Positions 8,501 to 18,300 are shown, counted from the first letter of the stretch. The stretch is 60,567 nucleotides of DNA from Minisyncoccota bacterium (GCA_031973395.1 DALYDD010000004.1:447-61013), one strand, 5' to 3'. Program-made: numbers and translations. The notes: a model not told the origin generated them from the letters alone.

Positions 8501-9703
8501 ATGACCCATTTCATTCATCGTCATAAAAAAGCTTGGATTTTCTCTTTTCTCTTTACTATTATTTTCGGATTATTTGGCTTTACATTTGATGTAGGTGCAC
8601 AGGAATTGCAGGCAGATGAGGTGTCATTGGTAAAAGCACAGCTCATCAAGGTGGCATCAACTACTGAACAAAATGTCCCTGGTACTGATGTTAAACAAGT
8701 ATTCCGGACGATCGAAGTCCGCATACTTGAGGGTGATTATAAAGGCGACATTGTCTTTGTTGAAGATGATCACCTAAAGACTAAGCCCGGTGATAAGTTT
8801 TATCTACAGGTTACTAAGCATGCGGACGGGCAGACTCAATATGCATCTGCAGAAGCCTATCGAGTTAATTGGCTTGTTATCTATTTTATTATATTCATCG
8901 TATTGACGGTGGTCTTTGGTGGCATGCAGGGTATACGCGGTCTACTTAGCTTATTTGCCAGCGTCTTTGTTATCTTTTATTTGTTTTTGCCACAATTGGC
9001 TGGTGGCACATCACCGCTCATTATTTCGATGATAGTTTCAGGGATTATTATCGTGCTTGGATCTTATGTGACGCATGGTTTCAATCGAACCACGAGTTCT
9101 GCGGTAATCGGTATGATCTGTACGGTTTTGATAACTGGATTAATGGCTTTGCACGCGATGTTTGTTTTAAGGTTCACAGGTGTCTCTTCAGAAGAAGTTG
9201 TGTATCTGACATTCAATACTAATGGAGCAATTGATCTACATGGATTACTGCTCGGAGGAATCATGATTGGTTTACTGGGTATTCTATACGATGTTGCTAT
9301 TGGTCAAGCTATTATTGTGGAGGAATTATTGCGCTCGGCCCCGCATTTATCTATCAAGAAAATTTTTGAAAGAGCTATCCGGATTGGGCGCGAGCATATC
9401 GGCGCATTGGTAAATACTTTAGCTTTTGCGTATGTTGGAGCCTCTCTACCTTTATTACTTTTGTTTTACACTTCTGATGCCGCTGGACCGCTTGCCATTC
9501 TGAACAGAGAAGATATCTCAACTGAGATTATTCGAACACTGATCGGTTCTATTGGTCTTGTGCTTGCTGTACCAATCACAACAATGCTTTCAATTATTAT
9601 GCTTCGTGGTAGGGTAAAGTATCATGAATCTGATGGGGAGAAAAAAGAAGATCATGGTCACGCACATGCGCATATACATTCACATGGAAAGCATATTCAT
9701 TAA
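8501..9703 (+). CDS. YibE/F-family membrane protein with C-terminal His-rich tail
   Basis: Signal/TM segment, a soluble N-domain, then about 6 TM segments as in YibE/F. The tail reads EDHGHAHAHIHSHGKHIH. Confidence 0.6.
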   Translation: MTHFIHRHKKAWIFSFLFTIIFGLFGFTFDVGAQELQADEVSLVKAQLIKVASTTEQNVPGTDVKQVFRTIEVRILEGDYKGDIVFVEDDHLKTKPGDKFYLQVTKHADGQTQYASAEAYRVNWLVIYFIIFIVLTVVFGGMQGIRGLLSLFASVFVIFYLFLPQLAGGTSPLIISMIVSGIIIVLGSYVTHGFNRTTSSAVIGMICTVLITGLMALHAMFVLRFTGVSSEEVVYLTFNTNGAIDLHGLLLGGIMIGLLGILYDVAIGQAIIVEELLRSAPHLSIKKIFERAIRIGREHIGALVNTLAFAYVGASLPLLLLFYTSDAAGPLAILNREDISTEIIRTLIGSIGLVLAVPITTMLSIIMLRGRVKYHESDGEKKEDHGHAHAHIHSHGKHIH

Positions 9704-9713
9704 TTAATTTTTT

Positions 9714-10475
9714 ATGGAAATATCATTTATGTACGGATTCATCAGCATTGTCGTCGTTAGCCTCATTTCATTTGTTGGTGGCGCACTCTTTCTCATATCA
9801 AGAGAAAAACTCAGCCGTATTTTACCCTATCTGGTGAGCCTCTCAGTGGGTGCATTGCTCGGAGATGCAGCCCTACACCTATTACCCGAAGCTTTTGAAA
9901 GTGCTGCATCTGCGACATGGGTCGGTGTCTCGATCCTTATTGGCTTTTTTATTTTTCTATTACTTGAACATGGTTTGCACTGGCATCATTCGCATGGAGA
10001 AAATGAGGAAGAGCATGATCACGGCCATCATATCGGCCCACTCGTGACAATTGCAGACAGTGTCCATAATTTTATCGATGGTATTATCATCGCCCTAGGA
10101 TTTAGTCTGGGAATTGAGATTGGAATTGCTACAACAATTGCAGTTATCTTGCATGAAGTGCCGCAGGAGATTGGGGATATTGGCCTCCTCATGTATGCGG
10201 GCTGGTCAAAAAGAAAAGCACTCTTTTTCAACTTTATTTCTGCCTGTGCCGCTATTCTCGGATTTCTCGTCGTTTTCTTATTTGAAAAAAGCTCACATCT
10301 ATTCACGAATTATTTACCATACTTGCTGGCCGTTGCTGCCGGAGGGTTCATATATATAGCGGGGGCGGACCTGATTCCCGAACTTCGACGAAATCACAGG
10401 AAGGCTTTCGCGGGGCATATTATGGTTATTTTGGTGGGTATTATTGCCATGCTCGCTTTATTGTTGCTTGAATAG
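9714..10475 (+). CDS. ZIP-family divalent metal (zinc) transporter
   Basis: HNFIDG and HEVPQEIGD signature motifs, with a His-rich loop HWHHSHGENEEEHDHGHH. Confidence 0.85.
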   Translation: MEISFMYGFISIVVVSLISFVGGALFLISREKLSRILPYLVSLSVGALLGDAALHLLPEAFESAASATWVGVSILIGFFIFLLLEHGLHWHHSHGENEEEHDHGHHIGPLVTIADSVHNFIDGIIIALGFSLGIEIGIATTIAVILHEVPQEIGDIGLLMYAGWSKRKALFFNFISACAAILGFLVVFLFEKSSHLFTNYLPYLLAVAAGGFIYIAGADLIPELRRNHRKAFAGHIMVILVGIIAMLALLLLE

Positions 10476-10542
10476 GAAATTCAGCTTTTCTTTATTAAAA
10501 TTTGATCAAAAATTCATAACTTAATGTTATACTATTTTCACT

Positions 10543-10815
10543 ATGGTAATAATTTACAGCACGCCCACTTGCACATACTGCAAAATGGCAAAAGAATATT
10601 TTACTCAGCATAATGTAGCCTACGAGGAAATCGATGTGGCTGCAGATCCGGTTAAGCGCAAGGAAATGATCGACAAAAGCGGTCAGATGGGCGTTCCGGT
10701 TATCGAAATTAATGGTCAAATCATGGTTGGATTTGATGAGGAAACATTAGCATCGCTTCTTGCTGATTCTGGAACAGGAGCGACTCCTGCGCCTGCTGTC
10801 GAAGAGGCAAAATAA
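10543..10815 (+). CDS. glutaredoxin/NrdH-like redoxin
   Basis: 90 aa. YSTPTCTYCKMAKEYF (CxxC), then GVPVIEING..VGFD. Confidence 0.8.
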   Translation: MVIIYSTPTCTYCKMAKEYFTQHNVAYEEIDVAADPVKRKEMIDKSGQMGVPVIEINGQIMVGFDEETLASLLADSGTGATPAPAVEEAK

Positions 10816-10829
10816 AATATAAATTATAT

Positions 10830-11324
10830 ATGAAAAAAGCGATAGTCTCGATTATAGTTTTAATTGTCGTAGTTGGAGCAATCACTGTGTATGCAACACA
10901 AGATGCAAAAAGTGATAATTCAGCTCAGCAAGCAAATGTGGGAGCTGTTACCGTGAAAGATATGGCAGCAGATACAAATCAAGTTAATAATTCATCAAAT
11001 ACAAATATGGAAAACGCAAATGTGGCACAAAATGGAGATATGGTTTTCGTTCACTATACTGGAAAGCTAACCGATGGTACGAAATTTGATAGCTCGGTAG
11101 ATCGAGGTCAGCCATTTGGATTCATGCTCGGCTCAGGTATGGTTATCGCTGGTTGGGACAAGGGGGTTCTCGGAATGAAGATTGGGGAAAAGAAAACTCT
11201 CACAATTGCACCAGAGGATGGCTATGGGGCAACTGGCGTGAAGAATCCTCAGACAGGAGAAGTTGTCATTCCTGCGAATGCGACATTGGTTTTTGATGTT
11301 GAGTTGATTGATATTAAACGATAA
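10830..11324 (+). CDS. FKBP-type peptidyl-prolyl cis-trans isomerase, membrane-anchored
   Basis: VHYTGKLTDGTKFDSS..GQPFGFMLGSGMVIAGWDKGVLGMKIGEKKTLTIAPEDGYG..LVFDVELIDI. Confidence 0.9.
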   Translation: MKKAIVSIIVLIVVVGAITVYATQDAKSDNSAQQANVGAVTVKDMAADTNQVNNSSNTNMENANVAQNGDMVFVHYTGKLTDGTKFDSSVDRGQPFGFMLGSGMVIAGWDKGVLGMKIGEKKTLTIAPEDGYGATGVKNPQTGEVVIPANATLVFDVELIDIKR

Positions 11325-11325
11325 G

Positions 11326-11416
11326 AAAAATAAAAAGCTTTCTTTGTACTGTCCTCGGTTTCGATTATGGCAACATAGTCATCCTGCGGAGGCACTTAAG
11401 GAAGCTTTTTATTTTT
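11326..11416 (+). repeat. palindromic element copy 2 (15-bp perfect outer arms, conserved core 11350-11392, GCAA-capped apex)
   Basis: Arms AAAAATAAAAAGCTT (11326-11340) and AAGCTTTTTATTTTT (11402-11416). The core matches copies 1 and 3. The element starts 2 nt after the FKBP stop. Confidence 0.75.
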
Positions 11417-11478
11417 TTCTAAAAAAGCCAGCTTCTTGGTCTCCTGAGGATATTTTGGTAGTATCTATAAGAATCCTT

Positions 11479-11550
11479 GCCGCCGTCGTTCAATGGATAG
11501 GACTATTCTTTCCTAAAGAATTAATGCAGGTTCGATTCCTGCCGGTGGCA
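11479..11550 (+). tRNA. tRNA-Arg(CCU): tRNA-Arg (anticodon CCU)
   Basis: Cloverleaf: acceptor GCCGCCG/CGGTGGC, anticodon arm ATTCT-TTCCTAA-AGAAT, T arm GCAGG-TTCGATT-CCTGC. No encoded CCA. Confidence 0.9.
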
Positions 11551-11592
11551 CAAATAAAAATACGCCGTAAGGCGATTTTTTATTTGTGCCAC
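11545..11592 (+). terminator. terminator hairpin whose 5' arm includes the tRNA-Arg 3' end
   Basis: GTGGCACAAATAAAAA / TTTTTATTTGTGCCAC (16 bp perfect), enclosing CGCC-GTAA-GGCG followed by a T-run. Confidence 0.7.
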
Positions 11593-11729
11593 GGAGCAGG
11601 CCAACTGCTTGGCCTGCGCGCAGGAATCGAAAAGGTTCTCCTTTATTTTCGAGAATGGAGCGTAGCGAGATTGGAGAAAATAGGGAACCTGTACTGGTCC
11701 TGTAAGGACCGATTCCTGCCGGGGGCACA
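11586..11729 (+). ncRNA. tRNA-trailer structured RNA module, copy A (unnamed family)
   Basis: H1 is GCAGGCCAA-CTGC-TTGGCCTGC. GCAGGAATCG (11620-11629) pairs with CGATTCCTGC (11710-11719). P3 is GGTTCTC/GGGAACC plus ATTTTC/GAAAAT. The hairpin GGTCC-TGTAA-GGACC follows. The module ends with a 21-nt copy of the tRNA-Arg 3' end. Homologous copies lie at 18859-19054 and 37112-37278. Confidence 0.65.
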
Positions 11730-11759
11730 ATTTTAAACAGAGTTTGCTATACTATACCC

Positions 11760-13022
11760 ATGAATATCCTCGTAATCGGAAGTGGCGGCCGTGAGCATGC
11801 CCTGGTCTGGAAACTGAAACAAAGTCCCAAAGTTGAAAATATTTTTGTCGCACCAGGAAATGGTGGCACTGCGCAAATCGCCACAAATATTCCTTGTGTC
11901 TATACTGACGAAATTCTTCTTTGGTTAAAAGACAATCCGGTTGATCTCGTGGTCATCGCTCCTGATAATTATCTCGCAGAAGGCCTGGCCGATGAATTGC
12001 AAACACTTGGTATCCCTGCATTTGGCCCGACCCGAGCAGCTTCAGAAATTGAATGGTCTAAATCGTTTGCCAAAAAGTTTATGAAAGAAGAAGGGATTCC
12101 GACAGCAAGGTATGAAATTTTTTCAAGTCTTGATGAAGCGAACGAATATGTAAAACATCAGCAATTTCCGCTCGTTATAAAAGTAAGTGGTCTGGCGCTA
12201 GGCAAAGGTGTGGCAATTGCGAAGGACCTCGAAGATGCACATCGTATACTTCAGGAGGTGATGGGTAATAAGATTTTTGGTGATGCTGGCAATGAAGTTG
12301 TGATTGAAGAATATTTATACGGTAAAGAATTTTCAGTTCATGCTTTTTGTGATGGTGAGACTGCGGTACTCTTTCCTTCTTCTCAAGATCATAAAAGGAT
12401 TGGAGAAGGGGATCAAGGTCCGAATACTGGCGGTATGGGTACAGTTGCACCTTTGCCTTGGGTCACGGCTGAGAACATGAAAGAAATTGAAGAAAAAATC
12501 GTGAAGCCTACTCTTGCAGCTCTCAAAAAACTAGGTCGACCATTCAAGGGTTTATTGTATCCAGGAATCATGCTGACTGAACAAGGTCCAAAGGTTATTG
12601 AATTTAATGCGCGTTTCGGAGATCCAGAAGCACAGTCATATATGCGGCTTCTCGAAACAGATCTTGTGGATATTTGTATGGCGTGTATAAATGGCACTTT
12701 GGCCTCACAAGAAATTACTTGGTCTACTAAATATGCCTGCTGTGTCATCTGTGCCTCAGGTGGTTACCCGGTCTCATATGAAAAGGGGAAAGAGATTCAT
12801 GGCCTTGATGCAAAATTTAATCCCGACGTTCTCATTTTCCACTCTGGAACAAAATTTGATGAAAAAAATAAGCAGTTCATAACTGCAGGCGGACGAGTAT
12901 TGGGTATCACAGCAATTGGCGATTCTCTCTCTCAGGCATTGACCAAAGCTTATGCCGCGATCGAATTAATTTCTTTTGAAAAGATGCAGTTTAGAAAAGA
13001 TATCGGAAGAAAAAGTTTGTAA
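11760..13022 (+). CDS. purD: phosphoribosylamine--glycine ligase
   Basis: 420 aa. MNILVIGSGGREHALVWKL, an ATP-grasp core, and GDPEAQ. Confidence 0.9.
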   Translation: MNILVIGSGGREHALVWKLKQSPKVENIFVAPGNGGTAQIATNIPCVYTDEILLWLKDNPVDLVVIAPDNYLAEGLADELQTLGIPAFGPTRAASEIEWSKSFAKKFMKEEGIPTARYEIFSSLDEANEYVKHQQFPLVIKVSGLALGKGVAIAKDLEDAHRILQEVMGNKIFGDAGNEVVIEEYLYGKEFSVHAFCDGETAVLFPSSQDHKRIGEGDQGPNTGGMGTVAPLPWVTAENMKEIEEKIVKPTLAALKKLGRPFKGLLYPGIMLTEQGPKVIEFNARFGDPEAQSYMRLLETDLVDICMACINGTLASQEITWSTKYACCVICASGGYPVSYEKGKEIHGLDAKFNPDVLIFHSGTKFDEKNKQFITAGGRVLGITAIGDSLSQALTKAYAAIELISFEKMQFRKDIGRKSL

Positions 13023-13060
13023 CTCGAGTTGTATTTAGTTTGTGGTCTATTTAATTGCGT

Positions 13061-13100
13061 AAAAAAGGGGAAAGAAAACCCGAGCGCGTGAGCGCTCGGG
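13061..13100 (-). terminator. intrinsic terminator of the GC-rich secreted-protein gene
   Basis: CCCGAGCGC-GTGA-GCGCTCGGG (13079-13100), followed on the minus strand by TTTTCTTTCCCCTTTTTTAC. Confidence 0.7.
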
Positions 13101-13137
13101 CCTGCAGTTTGCCGTTTCCGGCTACTTGCTGATTCCT

Positions 13138-14097
13138 TCATGGCGATGGTCCAATCGCCTGTGGGTCGGGTGACCACTCGAGTCGTGCCAGAAGTTTAGG
13201 AGGCGCACCTATGGAGCTTGGGAGGCTCCACATGTACACATCTTCTGCTGGCAGGTAAACCGGAGTGGGCGAGTAGCTCGGATCGGGTGAGCTCGGGCGG
13301 TTAAGCCAGGTCGTCCCGTTAGCGGACAAGAGTTTGAGGGTGGCGAATCGGGCGAATCCACCCCTGAACTTAATGTTGCCGTGGGCTCCGGCTTTGGGCG
13401 GCGTCATGGAGACGAACGTTGGACGTTCGAGATCCACGACCTTGTAAACGAAGGTGACGTTGGCTTCTCCGTTGTACGTCACGTCGTTCTTCGTTCCGGT
13501 GTACCTCACGGTCCACCTAATTACGATGCCTTCATTCAGCCCAGGTGCGGGTGTTGATCCACCCCAGGTGACGCGCTGCTTGTTTATGAGCAGCGTTCCG
13601 GCATCTGTCACCGTCGTGGTGGCGATTGGCGAACCTTGGACGCTCTTTGTTATACCAGAGCATCCGGCGCCCGAGAGCATGGAGACTGCTGGTCGAGCGT
13701 TTGGATTCTGTTCGTGGGTGTAGATGACGGGAATCACCTCCCCATTGTCAACGAGTGTCTCTATGCCGGTCAGGACATTGAGTCGGGATACGCGACAGAC
13801 CGTCTCAGTTGTACGGATTGTCGACAGTGTCGTCGGAAAGTCGTTGATGATGGGTGAGATCCCGAATCCTAGTCGGAACCCGCTGAAACGGGCTGCGGCC
13901 TCGGGTGGGACGGCGATTTCTAGCGTCTTCGGGCCAACTGATCTGAGATCGTATGCCATGACGTCCGAGCCCCCGGTAGGGGTCTCGACTTTCATGTGTC
14001 CGATCACAAGGGAGAGGGCTTCCTCTGACGCTTGCGTTGTCTGTCCTGCAATGAGGACGGCGGCGAAGAACGCCGCAATTTTACTTGCGGTCTTCAT
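13138..14097 (-). CDS. secreted hypothetical protein, GC-rich (foreign composition)
   Basis: 319 aa. Signal peptide MKTASKIAAFFAAVLIAGQTTQA. No family recognised. Composition is far more GC-rich than the neighbours. Confidence 0.6.
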   Translation of the reverse strand: MKTASKIAAFFAAVLIAGQTTQASEEALSLVIGHMKVETPTGGSDVMAYDLRSVGPKTLEIAVPPEAAARFSGFRLGFGISPIINDFPTTLSTIRTTETVCRVSRLNVLTGIETLVDNGEVIPVIYTHEQNPNARPAVSMLSGAGCSGITKSVQGSPIATTTVTDAGTLLINKQRVTWGGSTPAPGLNEGIVIRWTVRYTGTKNDVTYNGEANVTFVYKVVDLERPTFVSMTPPKAGAHGNIKFRGGFARFATLKLLSANGTTWLNRPSSPDPSYSPTPVYLPAEDVYMWSLPSSIGAPPKLLARLEWSPDPQAIGPSP

Positions 14098-14359
14098 GGT
14101 TGTTGTGGGTGGTGGTGTTTGCTGAATTAAAAGGGTTGACGGGAGGTTTTCTTCTTATCCAAATCGGTTGGACAAAAAGTTCTTATTTAAAAGAACCTCT
14201 TGGAATCGTCATGTGTAGCCAATTCAAATGTACAACTTTTTATCCCTAGAGTCAACCTTGACTTGTACATACATCTACGCACTCCTGGGCCTTATAATAG
14301 GCCTTATATTGAAGGTGTAAGATGGTCCTGTGGATAACCATTTGCTGTGGTAATATCAG

Positions 14360-15304
14360 ATGATGTCAGAAATAATCATAAAACCTCAACCAGACTATGA
14401 ACTCATTGATTCGGGTGATGAAATGAAATTGGAAAGATACGGTGATGTGGTTCTGGTGAGGCCAGATCCACAAGCTTTGTGGCCAAAAAAGTTAGAAGAA
14501 AAAGTGTGGCAAAAAGCCGATGCAACTTTTGTCAAAGGTGGTCATGATAAGAAACACGACAGTGGTGATACTAAAAGTGAAAATGGGAAATGGAATATTT
14601 CCTCTCAATTTAAATCTAAATTTAAAGATGCTGATTCTTTGAATTGGCCAATAGCGCTGGGTTCTATCAAGCTATATGCGCGACTTACACCTTTTAAACA
14701 TACGGGAATTTTTCCTGAACAATTATCTAATTGGCAATGGTGCGAAGAGATCATAAAAAAGAATACTGATTCAACTGCTGGCAAGAAGCCAAAGGTTCTT
14801 AATCTATTTGGATATTCAGGTGGTGCGAGTATTGCCTGTGCAGCGGCAGGTGCCGAAGTGACGCATGTGGATGCTTCTCGTGCCGCAATCACTTGGGCAA
14901 AAGAAAACATGCTTCTTACTGGGCTCGGTGAGGATTCCATCAGATGGATTCTTGAGGACGCCGTTCAGTTTATCAAGAAAGAAATACGTCGCGGAAATAC
15001 ATATGACGCCATTCTCATGGATCCACCAGTTTTTGGACGGGGAGCCAAAGGTGAGGTGTGGAAGATCGAACGAGATTTATTGCCCCTTCTTGAAATGTGT
15101 TACCAGTTATTATCAAAAGAGCCACTATTCTTTATTCTCAACGGATATGCTTCTGGATATTCTGCAGTATCGTATGCAAATAATCTCGCTTTTCTATCGG
15201 CGAAATATGGAGGGGCTGTCGAGTACGGCGAGTTACTTATTGAAGAAAGTGGAAGTACAAATCGATATCTCCCATGTGGAATAGTGGCACGGTGGAAAAG
15301 TTGA
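14360..15304 (+). CDS. class I SAM-dependent methyltransferase (RlmI/PF10672-like, probable rRNA MTase)
   Basis: LNLFGYSGGASIACAAAGA.VTHVDAS (motif I) and ILMDPPVFGRG (motif IV). Confidence 0.7.
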   Translation: MMSEIIIKPQPDYELIDSGDEMKLERYGDVVLVRPDPQALWPKKLEEKVWQKADATFVKGGHDKKHDSGDTKSENGKWNISSQFKSKFKDADSLNWPIALGSIKLYARLTPFKHTGIFPEQLSNWQWCEEIIKKNTDSTAGKKPKVLNLFGYSGGASIACAAAGAEVTHVDASRAAITWAKENMLLTGLGEDSIRWILEDAVQFIKKEIRRGNTYDAILMDPPVFGRGAKGEVWKIERDLLPLLEMCYQLLSKEPLFFILNGYASGYSAVSYANNLAFLSAKYGGAVEYGELLIEESGSTNRYLPCGIVARWKS

Positions 15305-15385
15305 GATTTCTGTTAATAGCAATGTATACCCGTGAGGGTGTATAATTTAGAGGCTGAATCAATTTAATTATTTGCCTCTCAATAT

Positions 15386-18300
15386 ATGGCCCATCATTTA
15401 AAAAAGTCATTCGCAGCGCTTACGCTTGCTCTTTTTGTTTTAATTCCGACACAGAATATTTTTGCACAGACGACTCAAACACCACCTCTCCAAGATTCAC
15501 CGAGAACTCGATACGATTTGATGAGTTGTCCAAATGCTAGAGCCGGTACTGTTAATGTTCGTATCTCTTCGTCAGTAATCACGGCTATTACGGGTACAAA
15601 GGCTGAGTTTCAAAGTGAGATCTACAATGCAAATAATTATCCTCTTACCAAAGTTTCTGTACTGGTCAGAATAATAAAGGTTGATAATAATCCGTCTTTC
15701 AATCTTGAAGGAGCCGATATTATCGATGAATTTATTGCAGTCAAGGATGTAAATATACAAGGTAGAAGTACGGTCAAGTCAGCTTTCTCGTGGCAGGTGC
15801 CACTATTTGCGGAGTCGGGTAAATATGTAGCACTGCCTTTTATCATCTCTGAGCAGCAGGCGAATATGGTCGTTGGTCATATATTTGACCAACCAAATGG
15901 TACAGGTTTCTCTTTTCCTATCGTAGGGCAAAAAACATCGATGCGCTTTGAGCCACTCGCATCTGAGATCAATGGGACATCATACAAACCCACACCTCAG
16001 CTTAAAAAAATAAATAAATTTGAAGACGCTTCGATTACTACGACACTTTCAAATCCTACAGCAAAAGAAATGAATGTGCCGGTTGTTTGGAAGTTATATG
16101 CCTGGAATTCTTCTGGCCAGCAAAATCTAATTGAAGAAAAAACAGAAGTGGTTCACATCGATGCTAAAAGCAAGGTTAAGGTCAAATATACGGCTTCAAA
16201 TTACGAACACCCATTGTATGAAGTGGTCGCAGAGGCTAAATATAAAGATACTAAATCAATAATAAAAGTAGAGTTTGCTCGCCTAGGTATAGACGAGGTG
16301 GATATAAATTATCTCGCAGTAGATAAATTCCCACTAAAAGCTGGTCAAGAGACGAATGTTTTTTCTTGCCTCAGATATTTTGAAAATGTTAGCAATTCTC
16401 CGGATTCAAAGACCGTCATTACTGTTCAGGATCGTAAAGGAAATATTATTTTTACAAAAGAACAGGTGGGTACATTATCAAAAGATTTACTCTATGGCAA
16501 AAATTCATTCATCCCGGAAAAGGATTACGATTATTTCACAGTCAAACTAAATGTTTTTCAGGACAATAAACTGATTGCAGATCAGTCGATTGTATATGAT
16601 TGTAAAAATATATCTGAAGGATCATGTAAGCAGGGTGCCGGAGATTCATACCGGAATATAATTGCCATATCTATCCTAGGATTATGTGCGCTCATTTTGA
16701 TAGGCATCCTTCTCAGAAAGAGATTTGCAAAAGTTGCTATTTTCTTTTTCGTCTTCGCAATGTCTATGGGTACATATGCTGTCGTAGACGCCCGATCGGT
16801 GTCTGGTTATGTATCAGATAAAGTCAGGGTGGAATTACTTGTTCCTTATAATGATGGCATACCATTTCAGTATTGGCCATGTATAGGTGCACATTATACC
16901 GTCAAGGTAACAAGGGAAGATAATCCAAATGCAGAATTTGACGATATCTCAATGTTTGGAACACCGCCTGATCCTGCAATATCTGTTGGAGAAAGAATCA
17001 AAGTAGAATTCTTGCCAGATGACGGGCAGACCTGGTGGGATGAAGGAAAGCGTATCACATTAAGCATGGGTAATTCAGGGCCAAATCTCTGTCTTGATCA
17101 GTATGGCTTTCCGACAACAGGACCATACCTAGGTTCATGGGTTGCGGGTGCGGGTTATCCTCCAGGTTGGTACGACAGCATGACCGAAGTTTACCCAACG
17201 CATTATGTTGGTACCGTCATGGATCTTCCGGTTGGTCCAGGGAACCCATGGGGTTGGGATGAATATCATAATTTTTTTCTAACCATGCCGTTCACTGCTG
17301 AGCCACCTAGCTGGACACTTCATAATATAACAGGTATGACTTGTGATCCGTTGGATCCCGCAACCAAGAGTACCTACTGTACAATGACGACTCCTGGCAT
17401 TGCGACTATCTCACTTAAATTAGGGCAAACCCTCGGAAGATTTTATTTTACTTATCAAGAAGATCTGGGAGGGGGCTATAGTCCAATTTTTCCAAGTACA
17501 CCTGCGGTTTTCCAACTTGTACCTGGGGATGGAAGCATGACAGGTGGTAACGTCGTAATCCCTGAAGTATGGGCTCATTATGATATTGATGTTGGTGACA
17601 CATGTCCCGGAAATGCTGCCCCGTCTCTTCCACAAATATCAGGTCCGACTACGGGGCTAATCGAACAGTCTAATGATTTCTCTTTTGTCTCAACTGACGC
17701 CAATAACGACGGTGTTAAATATTTGATTGACTGGGACAATGACGGTTTTGCAGATGTTACTGTTCCTGCGAGTGGTTGGGAATCACAGGGTGTTTCTGTC
17801 ACTGCGTCAAAAGCTTGGGCTGGTGTAGGTCCACATACATTCAAGGTCAAGGCATCGGATGCTTGTGGATCTTCAGCCTGGGCTGAATATACAATTACAT
17901 TAAGTGAAGGTGCAACAGCGCTCTCTTGTTCAGCTTCACCTAATCCTGCATCTCTTAACTCGACCGTGAATTGGGCTGGTATCGTCTCACCAAGTGACAC
18001 AACTACATATACGAGCTGGGCTTGGACAGGGGATATAACGGGCAATAGTCAGAATGTAAGTACTACATATTCTTCACCAGGTACTAAGAATGGTCATCTG
18101 GTCGGAACTCATGCGGATGGAACGAAGACTGCGGATTGTTCAGTCAATGTTTCGACATGTACCCCAAAGTCTCCTGGTTGTCCAACTTCTTGTGGTGCTG
18201 CAGCTGGAGTTGGTACTGTTTCGGAAGGAGGTGGTCTGACTACGGGATCAGCCCTTTGTGCTGATGGTGCCACATATACTTCTGGTAGTTTGAATCCTGC

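Noticed and set aside
11308-11736. ORFs running across tRNA and RNA-module loci (11308-11736 +, 11513-11730 -, 18851-19319 +, 18933-19151 -, 37037-37418 both strands).
   Set aside because: They are read through tRNA genes, terminator hairpins and the covarying RNA module. Their conservation pattern is that of base pairing, not of codons.
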